Assembly: GCA_946965045.2 (NCBI GenBank)
Contig: OX337229.1
Location: 1,736,001 to 1,800,000, forward strand
Source: Epithemia pelagica
Taxonomy: Eukaryota; Protista; Bacillariophyta
DNA: 64,000 nucleotides
Direction of reading: 5' to 3'
How positions within the stretch are numbered: position 1 is the first letter of the stretch; every line of letters starts with the position of its first letter. The notes below the pieces were generated by a model that worked only from the letters and a program-made list of their open reading frames with translations, was not told the origin of the DNA and did not search any database. A program made the translations under genes and the position numbers. This document shows, one piece after another, positions 21,518 through 33,900 of the stretch.

Positions 21518-23395
21518 TCATTCGGAGTGAGCACCAGGTCCGAACCGGCGTCCATTTGTGCTACCTCGGTCAGTGCCGCCTGTGCCTCCGCCTGTTCCTG
21601 CGTCATTTGCACCTGCCACGGACGGATCCGTTAGCACCGAGGGATCAACACCCCCCGTGTCTGCCGTGTCGATGTCCACATTTCCAATTTCCCGACCACG
21701 TCCACGCCCGTCGCCACGTCCATCGTTACCACCGCGACCCCAATGTCCCCGTCCGGCATGACGACCACCACGGCCACGACCACGGCCGCCAGAATATTGC
21801 CGGAGGTGGGCGCGTTCCTGATGGACGTAAGCTTGTCCCGATGGCCCGAGGGTCTCCATCTCTTGAGAAGAGAATCGCCGATTAACATCGGTGACATCCA
21901 CACCGTAGAACGTAAAGATGCCGTTGTTCTGCTGTAACCCTGGAAAGGAACGTGCACGGGTCGGGGAATGTTCAAACGTGTTGGTTTCGGAGATAAAACG
22001 ATGACAGGCACGATTACCTGTTCCTGGGATGACCTGTGGGTATATTTCCGAAACTTCACGAGAAATATACGCAATGGCAGCAGCCAAGTCCCCACGGTAA
22101 TGCGTACGGACAGTACTCTTGATGACGGCAAACTCGGCCGTTGAAATACGAATGTTATCAAGGAGAATCTTCACTTGGTTAGCACCGGAACGTCGGTTGG
22201 GGGTATCGTCCAAGGTGCGAAAGGCCCGAAGTAATTTAGTCGAGTAGGCATCGAAACTAAAGGCAGGTTCGTTGTGGTAAAAGACAGAATTAAGAATTGC
22301 TTCGGCCTTGTTGATACGCTTTTCTTTTTGTCCTCCCCCATCATAGTGATCTACTAAGGCAAACCAAGCGGCGCGTCCATTCTGGGATGCCTGGAATGGT
22401 TGTATCCACGTAGCGGGTTGATCACGGACACGGTCACTGAGTAGACGATAGACTGCCTTGTTGTCTTCACAAAAGAAAGGCCCGTTGAGGGGGTAGCTGT
22501 ATAGTTCTTGTTCACGTGTTGTCTGAAATATGTGTCCAGGTAGCACCTCTGGTCGGATAACATAATCTAGAGGAGCTTGTTGCTTGCCAATTATGTGTGA
22601 CAGGTATGTGGGAAATTCCTTCGACCAATCTTCCCAGCTATCTTCCTTCAAGACTTCGGGCTTAATGTCGGGCGCCATGTCAGACTCGGCTTTAATTTCC
22701 ATCTCATCCAGAGAATCAGAGAGAACCACTTGGTCAAAATCAGCTGCAGTGACAGCGCGTCGTTGTCTTCTGGATCTTGAAGCCCAAAAGCATGGCCCTT
22801 GTATGTTCTTGACGACGCTTGTGGGCAGACTTATATTGTTCGGAGCCGGGCGCTTCTCCAACCGCGAAGCCAACGACGTCACGTCATCCTTGCTCATCCG
22901 CCCGAACGCATGGATGGAGTTAAGCCTTTCGACATTTTCTAGAACGTTTATTTCGTTAGCATTCGCCCCACAGACTGTGAGGACCAGTCCGACTTGCGAG
23001 AGAGCAGGTGGCGGTCCCGCTGGTGGATGCGGGATCGGGGGAGGAGGCGGCGGAGCGCCGCCGCCGTCGCCATCTCCGCCTCCATCGCCTCCGCCGCCGT
23101 CTCCACCACCGGCAGGAGCGGCAGGAGCACCTTCGTCCCCAGTTCCAGTACTCCCAGTTCCTGTTCCTCGAGTATTCCCGACTCGCGAACGCGAGCCACC
23201 AGTACTACCACCAGTGCCACCATCACCGGGGTTCCCATTCATTCCTGTTTTTCTCGCCGCAGGTTTCCGTCCTGCATCTGTCCCCGTACTGGTTCCCCCC
23301 GCTGGAACAGCGGTTCCCTGCACATTCCGTGCTTCCGACCCTTCGGGGTCATTTTCCGGTGGGTTCTTCGTTGCAGCTCTAGTTGCCGTTACCAT
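21518..23395 (-). CDS. gag: Gag of element C
   Basis: 626-aa ORF directly after the 5' LTR/PBS, with a Gly/Pro-rich N-terminus, GKQQAPLDYVIR...AWFALVDHYDG core and RG-rich C-terminus. Confidence 0.85.
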   Translation of the reverse strand: MVTATRAATKNPPENDPEGSEARNVQGTAVPAGGTSTGTDAGRKPAARKTGMNGNPGDGGTGGSTGGSRSRVGNTRGTGTGSTGTGDEGAPAAPAGGGDGGGGDGGGDGDGGGAPPPPPPIPHPPAGPPPALSQVGLVLTVCGANANEINVLENVERLNSIHAFGRMSKDDVTSLASRLEKRPAPNNISLPTSVVKNIQGPCFWASRSRRQRRAVTAADFDQVVLSDSLDEMEIKAESDMAPDIKPEVLKEDSWEDWSKEFPTYLSHIIGKQQAPLDYVIRPEVLPGHIFQTTREQELYSYPLNGPFFCEDNKAVYRLLSDRVRDQPATWIQPFQASQNGRAAWFALVDHYDGGGQKEKRINKAEAILNSVFYHNEPAFSFDAYSTKLLRAFRTLDDTPNRRSGANQVKILLDNIRISTAEFAVIKSTVRTHYRGDLAAAIAYISREVSEIYPQVIPGTGNRACHRFISETNTFEHSPTRARSFPGLQQNNGIFTFYGVDVTDVNRRFSSQEMETLGPSGQAYVHQERAHLRQYSGGRGRGRGGRHAGRGHWGRGGNDGRGDGRGRGREIGNVDIDTADTGGVDPSVLTDPSVAGANDAGTGGGTGGTDRGSTNGRRFGPGAHSE

Positions 23396-23425
23396 ATTCC
23401 TGTAGTTCCCTTCCCAGTCTCGCTC

Positions 23426-23439
23426 TGGGTCTGATAAAC
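23426..23439 (-). promoter_or_regulatory. Putative PBS of element C, complementary to a tRNA-Ile anticodon arm
   Basis: Abuts the LTR. Its complement UGGGU-CUGAUAA-AC reads as 5-nt stem, 7-nt loop and the first 2 nt of the pairing strand. Confidence 0.65.
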
Positions 23440-23581
23440 TGTTTCGTTCTGTTCGTAACAAGAAGATTAGTAATTATACCTAACGTAACGTGTATCATGC
23501 AAAAGTAGTAAACCAGTAAACGGTAATTCCCCCAAAGATACTCTCCAACATCCGGGTAACCCCACCGACCCGAATGAAACA
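23440..23581 (-). repeat. 5' LTR of element C
   Basis: Direct repeat of 17462-17603. Confidence 0.95.
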
Positions 23582-23921
23582 TATACCCCATTGGTAGACA
23601 CGCCTAGTCCGTGCGACGTCTTTATCTTGCCAAACAGCTTTTACGGGACTTATATCATATATCAGTTCACGTATGTGACGTGTAGGGAGAGGCTGCTTCT
23701 CTTCACGAGTCACGAGTCATGAGTCACAAGATCTTTTTGTCATTTTTCGCCCCTCTTTTTTCTCTCTTTTTGCGAAGCGCAAAAATGATGATTCAACCCT
23801 TCGTCAAATTTCAACAACAAGAACAACAGTGTATACCAACAACCAAAACAAACTCCTCCACTGTTCTTTCGAAGCAACCTTTCCAAACAGAGCTCTAAAT
23901 ATACCATCAGTCGAGTCTAGG

Positions 23922-26900
23922 ATGACGCGGACAAGACCGTGTCTGTCAAACATAGTGGTTTGCTCAGCCTTGTGCCTGGCGTTTTGGACGAGAGAAGCGA
24001 GCGCGTTCTCATTTTCCAACCGTCATGTAAGACACCCATTCATCAACGGCAATCATCAAGGCTTGCAAACAAAACTATGCAGCGCAGTAGTGGAAGAGTC
24101 AAGTACCAAAGAAGACTTCTCTTTCGACAATGGCAAGAAACGTCAAAAGATTGTGCTCGTTGCAGGCTTTGAGTCGTTCAATCGTGAGCAGTACCAACAA
24201 GCCGCTGTGGCTCTGAGTGATCATGTCGACTTGCAAGTATTTGCAGACTCAGATATCCGTTTGGATCTGTCGGTCATTCAGCAACAACAAAAGCAACTTG
24301 AGCAGGAACAGCAGGGCAACGACACTGCAACAACCTCTTCGCATCATGTGGACCCTCTGGTCGACAACACGATCAACCCAGTCTTCCGCAAAGCAGTTCT
24401 AGAAGCGGATGTCTTTGTCGGTTCGTTGATTTTTGACTACGATGATGTTCAGGCTGTTCAGAGTCTGCTTCCTGCTGTAACTGGTCCCCGATTGCTGTTT
24501 GAATGTGCAACGGAAATCATGGAGTTCAATCAAGTTGGTAGCTTCAACATGAAACCAAGTGGAGACGGCTCTGCCGCTGGACCTCCTCCTGCCGTCAAAG
24601 CGATTTTGAGCAAATTTGGCTCCGGCAAAGAGGAAGACAAGCTCGCTGGGTACATTAAACTGTTAAAGTTCGGTCCAGACCTTTTGAAGTTTGTTCCAGG
24701 GGATAAGGCAACCGATTTGCGAACCTGGCTCGAATGTTATAGATACTGGAACCAAGGAGGACGACTAAATGTGCAATCTATGCTCCAACTTTTGGCTGAT
24801 CGAGCTGAACTTGATCAACATCAATCACTAGGGGGAAATTTTGCGGCATCTGTATTGGACAAACTTCCGCCCGTCCAGGTGACGCCTGATTTGGGATTGA
24901 TTCACCCAGTTCGTTTTCGTGATCCCTCAACTCGCTCCAGCCCCTTTTTCGATTCTCCTGCATCGTACATGGCTTGGAGAAGGTCTGCTGCGTGCAAGGA
25001 AGCTGCGGCAAAGCAAGGATTCCAGTTGGCCGACATTGAAACCGCACCCGTTGTCGCTGTCCTTCTATACCGAAAACACGTGATTACAGAGCAAGGCTAC
25101 ATACTCGACTTGTTGACAATCATGGAAAAGCAAGGAGTGGTACGTCAATGTTAAATGGATGAAATGACTGGCAATAAGTTCTTGAAGTATCTTACGGCTT
25201 ATTGTTCTTATGTTCTTGACAGATCCCAGTACCCGTTTTTATTAATGGAGTGGAAGCGCACACAATGTAAGTCTTTGTCTTGGTGTGGAGATTGGTACCA
25301 GGGTCTTTTGTTCATTCCAGGACTAACTTTTCGAATGGTTTCGTTACGCTTCAATAATCGATATGCTCATAGTGTTCGAGATTGGCTGACGTCCACAGAA
25401 GAGATCAAGCAAGTTGCTGCTGACAAAGTAAAACGCGCGAGCAGTTACGAGCCCTCAAAGGCAGCAAAAGTTGACGCCATTGTCAATACGATTGGATTCC
25501 CACTTGGTACGTAGGTAAAGGGACCTTTGTCCTCCTTTGCTGAGATTTGTCTCACGGTGCTGCTGTTTCTTAGTCGGTGGACCAGCAGGTTCTATGCAAG
25601 CGGGTCGGTGAGTGATTCATGTGTCAAACCACCAAATGCTTTTTTTCTGTATCTGACTATTTCTTCCCTCAAACTTCTCCAGTGATACGGCAGTGGCCGA
25701 GGAACTTCTGAGCTCCATGAACATCCCGTACTTTGTCGGAAGTCCTTTGTTCCTCCAGAGTATTCCTGTGTGGAAAGACAAAGGAGTACTGTAAGTTGAG
25801 TTACAGTGGTACCATTAGAGCGACGTTCGAGTCTCTTACTTTTTTGTTTCACAGTGGTCTGAACTCTGTTGTTCTGTATGGCTTACCCGAATTGGACGGA
25901 GCGATTGATACAGTAGTGTTAGGTGGACTTGTTGGCGACAAGATCGCTTTGGTTCCAGAACGCGTGCGCAAGCTGATCTCGCGCATTCAGAGTTGGGTCG
26001 ATCTTCGGAGGACTCCGCCTAAGGATCGACGTATTGCGATCTCAGTTTATGGCTTTCCTCCCAATGTGGGTGCTGTGGGAACTGCGGCTCTCCTTGATGT
26101 TCCTCACTCTCTTGACAATTTATTGCGTCAGTTGGAGAAAGAAGGATACGACGTGGGAAACTACGTCAATGACCCCGATGCCAATGGGCAATCGATCATT
26201 GCAGCTTTGTCTGTTCTTTCTGAACCAGCTGTCGTTGCTGGAGGTGCCAGTCGTATGGCAGATGCACTGGAGGCAAAAATCGCTAGAGCAAAGGCTGGAG
26301 ATCAAACAGTTAACGAAGCGCTGGCACTTCCGGGTGCAGGCCTTGGAGGAGCCGAAGTATTGGCAAAGGATGTCACATCCACGGAACTAGAAAAGACGAT
26401 TGGCAAATATATGTTCAAGAAGGTTCGTCGGTCGTGGGCTGAGACGGAGCGGGGCCCAGGTGTGTCGAGAGATGGTGATTCGGTAGTCGCTGGTGTGCAG
26501 ATTGGAAATGTGTTTGTGTATGTCCAGCCTTTACTTGGCGTTGAAGGAGATCCCATGAGGCTACTGTTTGAAAGGGACCTGACACCACATCCGCAGTACA
26601 TTGCCACGTATGCCAACCTGCAAAAGCGACCCGATAGTGTGTTTGCCTCAGACGCAATCATTCATCTCGGAATGCACGGTACAGTGGAATGGCTTCCGGG
26701 ACAACCACTAGGAAACGACCGGAAGTCGTGGAGTGACGAACTGCTGGGATCACTCCCAAATCTTTATGTTTACGCTGGTACGTGAAATCTGAATGGTACG
26801 GTTACGAAGCAATAGCTTCTCACAATATCTCTTTTCCTTCAGCGAATAACCCCAGTGAAAGCATTCTAGCAAAACGCAGGGGTTATGGTACTCTGGTTTC

Positions 26901-28949
26901 CCACTCCGTTCCGCCTTATGGACGCGCGGGACTGTATCAAGATTTGGCTCAACTCAAAGAATTAACATCCGAGTACAGAGAGAACGCGGCCAGTGGTGAA
27001 ACAGAGAAAAACAGCATAGAGCTCTCCCAAAGCATTTATGATACCGCCAGCCGATGCGGAATGCTCAACGATGTGCCTCTGTGGACCGATCACGAAGCAA
27101 AGTGCGATCCAGTCACGAGTACTGAGCTCCCAGACACACTGTCTCCGGAAGCCTTCGGAACCTGGGTATCTGAGCTATCCACATACCTTGCTGTTTTGCA
27201 GGAGCGCCTTTTCTCCAGTGGTCTGCATGTCTTGGGAGCCGTGCCGAATGAGGAGGCGCTCGACTCGTATCTGGAAGCCTACTATGGGGACAAATTCACG
27301 GAGAAACAACGACACGATGCAATCTCAAGATGGAAAGAGAACTCTGCCATGGCACACGCAGGTGAACCAAGTGCCTTTGTGAAATGGATTGATTTCTTTT
27401 ACGACCTGATTGCACCCAAGGAGAGCATTGAGAAACCAGATAAAAGCGAACAAGACGAACTGCTCGACGAAGCGACAAACATTGTATCTCTTTTGGGACG
27501 GACGCACGAAGAGATTGATTCGCTGCTCAATGGACTTGACGGTGGTTATATCTTACCCAAACCCGGAGGAGACTTGTTGCGCGATGGACCAGCCGTTCTC
27601 CCAACTGGTCGAAATGTGCACGCCCTGGACCCGTATCGAATGCCATCTGCCGGTGCCTGGTTGCGGGGACAAAAGGCTGCGCAAGAAATCATACGACAGC
27701 ATCAAAACGCCAATGACGGAAACTATCCGGAAACGGTTGCGGTTACACTATGGGGATTGGATGCTATCAAAACACGAGGTGAATCCGTAGCAATTGTTTT
27801 GGCCCTCGTTGGCGCAAAGCCTGTGAAAGAAGGAACTGGTCGAATTGTAAGGAATCTCATTCATGTTGTCCCGTCGAATTATGAGAGAACCAACCAGTGC
27901 ACTTCTCACTCTCTTTGTCTTTACTATGGCAGGTGAGGTATGACCTTGTTCCGCTGGAAGAGCTTGGTCGTCCTCGGGTGGACGTGCTTGCGTCTTTGAG
28001 TGGCATCTTTCGCGATTCCTTCTCGAACATTGTCGATTTGTTGGATGACATGTTTGAACGTGCGGCTTCAGCCGATGAACCAGACAATATGAATTTTATC
28101 AAAAAGCACTCGAACGAACTTGTCCAAGAAGGAACCAGTGAGCGGACTGCAGCTCGACTATTCAGCAACCCACCTGGTGACTTTGGCAGTATGGTAAACG
28201 AAGTCGTCGGGACGGGTGAATGGGACAACGAGGAGTCCTTGGGGGAAACCTGGCGAGGCCGCAATGTGTATTCCTATGGTCGCAACGAGCGTGGTGGAGA
28301 TGTGGCGGGGACGCCGCGACCGGAAGTTCTTGACAAGCTCTTGACCACAACAGAACGGATTGTTCAGGAAGTAGATTCGGTGGAATATGGACTGAGTGAT
28401 ATTCAAGAATATTATGCCAATACGGGTGCCCTGAAAAAGGCTGCCGAGAATCGCAAGGAAAGGGATGCCACCACAGGAAAGCGAAAAAAGGTTGCCCTGT
28501 CCGTGATTGAAGCCTTTGGAACGGGAAGTGACACGGACGACGTTCCCGTACGGGATGTAGAAGAGGTGTTACGGCTCGAATATCGCAGCAAGCTTCTGAA
28601 TCCCAAATGGCGAGATGCCATGTTGGCACAAGGATCGGGTGGAGCCTACGAAGTGAGTCAACGCATGACGGCTATGATTGGATGGGCGGCGACTGCCGAG
28701 GTGGACAATTTTGTGTTTGATCAAGCGGCAGAACGATATGCATTGGACCAAGATGTGGCCCAACAGTTGCAACGATCCAATCCAGAAGCCTTTAAAAATG
28801 TCGTACGAAGATTGTTGGAAGCGGCCGGACGAGGCATGTGGGAAACGGATGAAAAGACACTGGGCAAATTGAGAGAGTTGTACGCCGATGCGGATGACCT
28901 GGTAGAGCAAGGTTCCAGTCCCGCTCGAGCAAGCAGCAGAACTCGTTAA
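23922..28949 (+). CDS. CHLH2: Magnesium chelatase H subunit, ChlH2/BchH-like paralogue, plastid-targeted, 8 exons
   Basis: Signal peptide plus EASA-F motif; KIVLVAGFESFN, HLGMHGTVEWLPG, LPTGRNVHALDP, SGIFRD, LNPKW. Introns 25140-25222, 25267-25372, 25507-25573, 25608-25682, 25791-25854, 26778-26842 and 27847-27932 join in frame. Confidence 0.88.
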
Positions 28950-29266
28950 GTGCCTCTGGTCACAGTCGTCACACCCGCATCATTCTGAAACGACTGAAAG
29001 GATCTTATTGTGTCTTTGCTTTGAAAGCAAACATATTTCTGCTAGGTCGTTGATGAAACCACACGATCATCCAGAAGAGGGATGAGTACCACTCTGGCTG
29101 ACCTCAGTGGCTCCGTAACTTTGTACTATCCTTTATAGCTCGTTTGATTCGACACGATAATAAAAAGATAGACAACTGGCTGTAGTGTTTGTACATGTTC
29201 CAATTGTCGTCATCATCATGACAGAAACCATCCGTAACGTCAAGTCCGTTCCTTCGCATTTTGCCG

Positions 29267-30505
29267 TCATGGTCGTGGCCCAAACCAAAACTCGAAATGA
29301 GGCACCAAGAGTGGAGTAGTATCGACATAGTGTGTATAGGCCGGGTCGATCCCATAGCCATACCGTTCCTTGGCTTGTGCGACGGCATTGGAAATGTGTC
29401 CCGTGGCTTGTCCGTACAAGAGCAGTGTCACCAAGAGGGGACCCAAGCATGTCGCGGCACCCAGACGAAACAAGGACCGCGTCGGTGACCCAGCAACGAC
29501 ATAGGCTGGTCCATTCAAAATCCAAATACCCATCCAAAAGACAATGTCTCCGAACCAATTGGGATGTTGACAGAGTTTCCACAATCCGACCTGGCAAAAG
29601 GACGGCGTCACCGACGTTTGTGGCAAATGGTATTTCCAAAACCACTTTTGCAAATCCGCCACGGTTTCCACTCCCAAGCCAATCCCACACAACGTCACGC
29701 CGACAACAGAACAGATTCGGTTGCCGTTTTGGTGTGGTTGCATGGCACCCAAGAAATGTGGCAAGGCCGTGCCAATGCCCCAAAGCGCAGAGGCAGTCCA
29801 AAACAAGGTTGTGCCCCCCGCAGATGCCAAGGTATTGGTCAATCGCTCATCGTGTGGTCGCATGATCATGGCACGATAGCCCAAAAAGGTCATTAATCGA
29901 ATGGACCACAGGACAATGGCCAGGCCCGAAATCAAAATGCGACGATTACGGGCAGCCTTCTTCCAACTGGGTGCCAAACTGGTAAAAATAGCTCCCACAC
30001 CCACTAGATCCAAATGGACATGAGACTTTGTGACCATTGAAATGATCCATCCAACGACACTGAATCCTAGAGAAATTTGAATGCTCTTCCACAAGAGCGC
30101 ACGGGACAGTGGTTGTTGTTGTTGTTGCCAAGTCGATGGAGGTCGTATTCTTCTTGATTGCTGTTGTGGGACGCGATGTTCGGTGGAACGGCCATTATCA
30201 CTAGTTTTACCATCCTCTGGTTCCTTTTGATTGGTTTCTTGCCGTTGTTGTTGTTGGTTTCTTCGTTGTCGTGATCGAGGTGGTGTGGATCGTTCCTGAA
30301 AGGTGACGGTCCGTCGTTGTTGGGGTCGTTGGTCATTTGATTTGGACAGGAGATTGGACCGAATAGTACTTGGTTTGTTCGTAGGAGTAGCATGATTATT
30401 ATTATTGGGAGATTGTGAGGCGGCTGGTGGTTGGGACGATGATGATGGTGGAGGTCTCCGACGCTTCAAGGAAGACGATGACGAGGATTGGACCGAAGAA
30501 GACAT
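29267..30505 (-). CDS. DUF1295 / steroid 5-alpha-reductase-like membrane protein
   Basis: LWSIRLMTFL, VETVADLQK, GLWKLCQHPNWFGDIVFW, Y..YV.TTP.LVP; ~6 TM helices after a low-complexity N-terminus. Confidence 0.82.
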   Translation of the reverse strand: MSSSVQSSSSSSLKRRRPPPSSSSQPPAASQSPNNNNHATPTNKPSTIRSNLLSKSNDQRPQQRRTVTFQERSTPPRSRQRRNQQQQRQETNQKEPEDGKTSDNGRSTEHRVPQQQSRRIRPPSTWQQQQQPLSRALLWKSIQISLGFSVVGWIISMVTKSHVHLDLVGVGAIFTSLAPSWKKAARNRRILISGLAIVLWSIRLMTFLGYRAMIMRPHDERLTNTLASAGGTTLFWTASALWGIGTALPHFLGAMQPHQNGNRICSVVGVTLCGIGLGVETVADLQKWFWKYHLPQTSVTPSFCQVGLWKLCQHPNWFGDIVFWMGIWILNGPAYVVAGSPTRSLFRLGAATCLGPLLVTLLLYGQATGHISNAVAQAKERYGYGIDPAYTHYVDTTPLLVPHFEFWFGPRP

Positions 30506-30942
30506 GGTCACAACAAAGGATGGTACACGATACAGAATACAGTCTTCTCGTTTTTTTCTCTCTCTTTACAATGATCACGTCGTCCTCTTGATGATCCTTT
30601 TGAGGGATGATGGCAGTTGGCATAAACTTCTGCTAGAATGATGCGCAGAGAAGATGAGGGGGTGGAACGGATGAGAATCTTTTTCAGTCGCTTAGTAAAA
30701 GGGGGCAAAGGCCCCCACTATTTGGGGTCACGGAAGAGGGACAGACTCTTTGAAACGCGTACGCGCGGCTCCATACAAAATCTAACGGCACCTTTCCTCG
30801 GGTGGGAATATCATCATTCATCATCTCGATTCGCAAACCAAAAACGAGAAGAAGAAGAAGATCGTATCCGTATCAACAACCACCATTGAGGAATCATAGA
30901 CTTTCTTTTGGTTGAGGAAACGCAAGACAATTTCCAGAAAGA

Positions 30943-33900
30943 ATGGTGGAGGAGGAACCGGAATGCCGTATTTGTCGTGGTCCTGCGGAGGAAGGGTAGG
31001 TTTTCTTACATTGTGTTCGAAATTTCCTCCGCTGGCCTTGTTGCTCACAGTTGTTTTTGTATCTTTCATGTTTTTTCTTCTTTTTGCTACTCCTGGTTTC
31101 GTTCGGTATTGTTGTCCAACGACGAATCACCTCAACATACCGCTCCTCCCCTCAAAACAACAAACATATTCAGTCATCCCTTGTTTCGTCCCTGCAAATG
31201 TTCGGGAAGCATTGGCTGGACGCACCAGGATTGTTTGCAATCCTGGTTGGCTGTGAACCATGCGACCAAATGTGAATTGTGTGGAACCCCCTTTCGCTTT
31301 GCCAATCAATACGCCGACAACACACCCGATCGCTTGCCCGTCGTGGAAGTCTTGGTTGGTTTTACCCGCAATGTGGTGGCCACCTGGCTGCCCCTGTGGA
31401 TCCGTGTCACTGTCGCAGCCGCTCTCTGGTTGGTGGTAGCACCCTTGGCAACCTCCTTTATGTATCATGGATGGATGCATGGTACATTGGGCTTGTTTCG
31501 AATACAACAACAACAACAACAGGCTTATCCTTCATCAATGACCTGCAGTTTGTTGGTGGATGAATTGGTCTCGGGTGCCGTCTTGGTGGCCCTCGTCTTG
31601 TTTTCCTTTTTGTCGCTCATGAGTTTGGTGGACTTTTTACGAGCCGAATGGCAAGAACCTGGCGGGAGACCACTCCGCGATGCAGCCCATCCTGCTCCCC
31701 GAGACGAAAACAACAACCATAATAATAATCCTGCGAATGCCAATATGGAACACCACCCTCCCGACGGAGCTGCGGTCGATGCCGCCATTTTTGACGATTG
31801 GGTACAAACGCAACAGCAACAACAACAACAACAACAACAAACGTTACTACAGCCAGCCCTGGATGCACCAGAATCCCAACAATCCTCACCACTCAACGAC
31901 GACGAGGACGACGGAGACGATTTATTATTGGCCACAACCGTCGGACCAACAACCACTCGAGAGACAACGAGCAACACAGAGAACGAGGATTCCTTCAATG
32001 ATGTTGACTCAATGCGACCGGCGTATGAAGAAGATCAGGACGAAAATGGAGAAGTTGTGGAAGTTGTACCCGAACCGGTTCGCAATGTGGCAGAGGAGGT
32101 CCACGAGGCACCCGTTGTGGAAGATGTGGACGACGAAGAGGAGGAGGACGACGACGACGACGACGACGACGAACTTGCGCGGGATGATGAGGAGGAGGAT
32201 GAAGTGGCACACGAGTTGCAACGGTTTCTTCATCCAGTCGACAATCTCAATATCATGGATCGTCTTCCCCCTCCCGAAAACAATGAAAACGACAATGACA
32301 ACAACAATGCCAATGATCAACCCAACAACAACAATAATAATGATGGCTTGGAAGACGATCCAGTGTTGGATGCCGATCTCAACATTGCCCTCGATGAATT
32401 GCTGGGGGTTCGAGGCCCGCTGTGGATTGTCGTACGAAACTTGCTCTGGTTATTGGCTTTCAATACGCTTTACTTGGCGATTTTTGCCTTTGTACCACGC
32501 GTCATTGGATCCATGGCCGTCTCCCTCTGGCTTCCTTCCGCGACGGGGAGCGCTCCGACAGCAGAAGTATTAGATCCGGCAATTACTAGCAATCTAACAA
32601 CCCTGGCAACCAATGTCACTGCCAATGAATCCTCCGTGCTGGCCATGGCCAATATGACAGAAGCGGAAACGTTGGAGGAGGCTTTCCAACTGGTAGAACC
32701 CAATCTCACCTTTGCCACCAACGCGACCAGTCGGCTCTTGGAAAATGTCACTTTGATGGACGACGAAAACAACCACACCACCAACATCAATACGTCAGCA
32801 GCCACTGTGATTGTCAATTATACAATCATGGGAATTTTCACAGCCATTGAACAAGAAAGCGCCCGTCTCCGAACCACCTTTCGATTGAATGATTTCCTCT
32901 TGGTGACCATTGGGTATGCCTGTGCCGCGGCGAGTATTATTCTGATGCGCTACGTATGGATGGTAGTTCTCTTCAAGCCCAACCCTCCCAATGCTAACAA
33001 TAATGAGGCTGGAAACAACAATGCCGATGATCTTCGAGACGCCTTGTTTCGAGTAGTGAATCAGGGGGATGATGGCATGGAACCACCGCCACAAGCCGAA
33101 GGAATCCACAATCCACACCATCCACTTCACAATCAGATGGATGAAGATGGACATGTGGCGATTGGTGTCGCAGTGGAGACTGTCCTGGATGCGGCCGCGT
33201 CCATTGTCAAGGTGGGAGTCTTGCTCTTTCTCAAAATGTTTTTACTGCCCGTCATGTTGGGCTTTTGTTTGGATTGGAGCACGATTTCATTCTTTCAAAG
33301 AACTCTGGATGACATTATACTGTATGCCGGTCGAGACTTGTTTTCTTTCTTGTTTCTTCATTGGGTAGCGGGAATTTCCTTTATGCTGCTTGTCACAGTT
33401 TCAGTATTGCAGCTACGGGAGGTCGTGCATCCAAATGTGTTGGCCCATATCATTCGTCCTCAGGAACCTCAACCAGATTTGTTGGGCAATTTGTTGCACG
33501 ATTCCTTAGTGACACATGGCAAACGATTGTTTCTTTCCTTGATTATCTATGTCCTTCTCCTTGTCCTTCAAATTCACATTCCGGTTCACATGGTTGTGTC
33601 GTTCATGGGTGGTCCCTCGTCCTTTTGGAAGCTCAAGTTCTACTACCTGCTAACGCCCCGACTGCAAGTACCACTCGAACTGTGTATCTTTCATCTCTGC
33701 ATGCTTGCCTTCTTGGAAAAGAACAAGAACTCAATTGGAGAACTTCAACATTACTGGCTCAAAACCGTTGCTCAACTGATGGACTTTAGCAACAGCTTTA
33801 TTCCCCATGAAGTGGAAAAATTCCACTTTTTGGGTTCCCGTCTTGTCTTTACCGACGATCCGTCCAGTGGTCGTGTGGTGGATCCATTTTGGTACGAGTT

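Larger units (their letters stand above)
17462..23581 (-). mobile_element. Ty1/copia (CoDi-like) LTR retrotransposon C, defective
   Basis: 142-bp TG..CA LTRs at 17462-17603 and 23440-23581 with 2 mismatches. Domain order gag-PR-IN-RT-RH. PPT GCGGGGAC. Flanks share a 4-bp TATA. Confidence 0.95.

Noticed and set aside
17830-23434. Long antisense or overlapping ORFs in element C (e.g. 19724-20551, 22584-23405) and 63030-63530 in A
   Set aside because: These are shadow frames of GC-rich or codon-biased coding sequence with no recognisable motifs.
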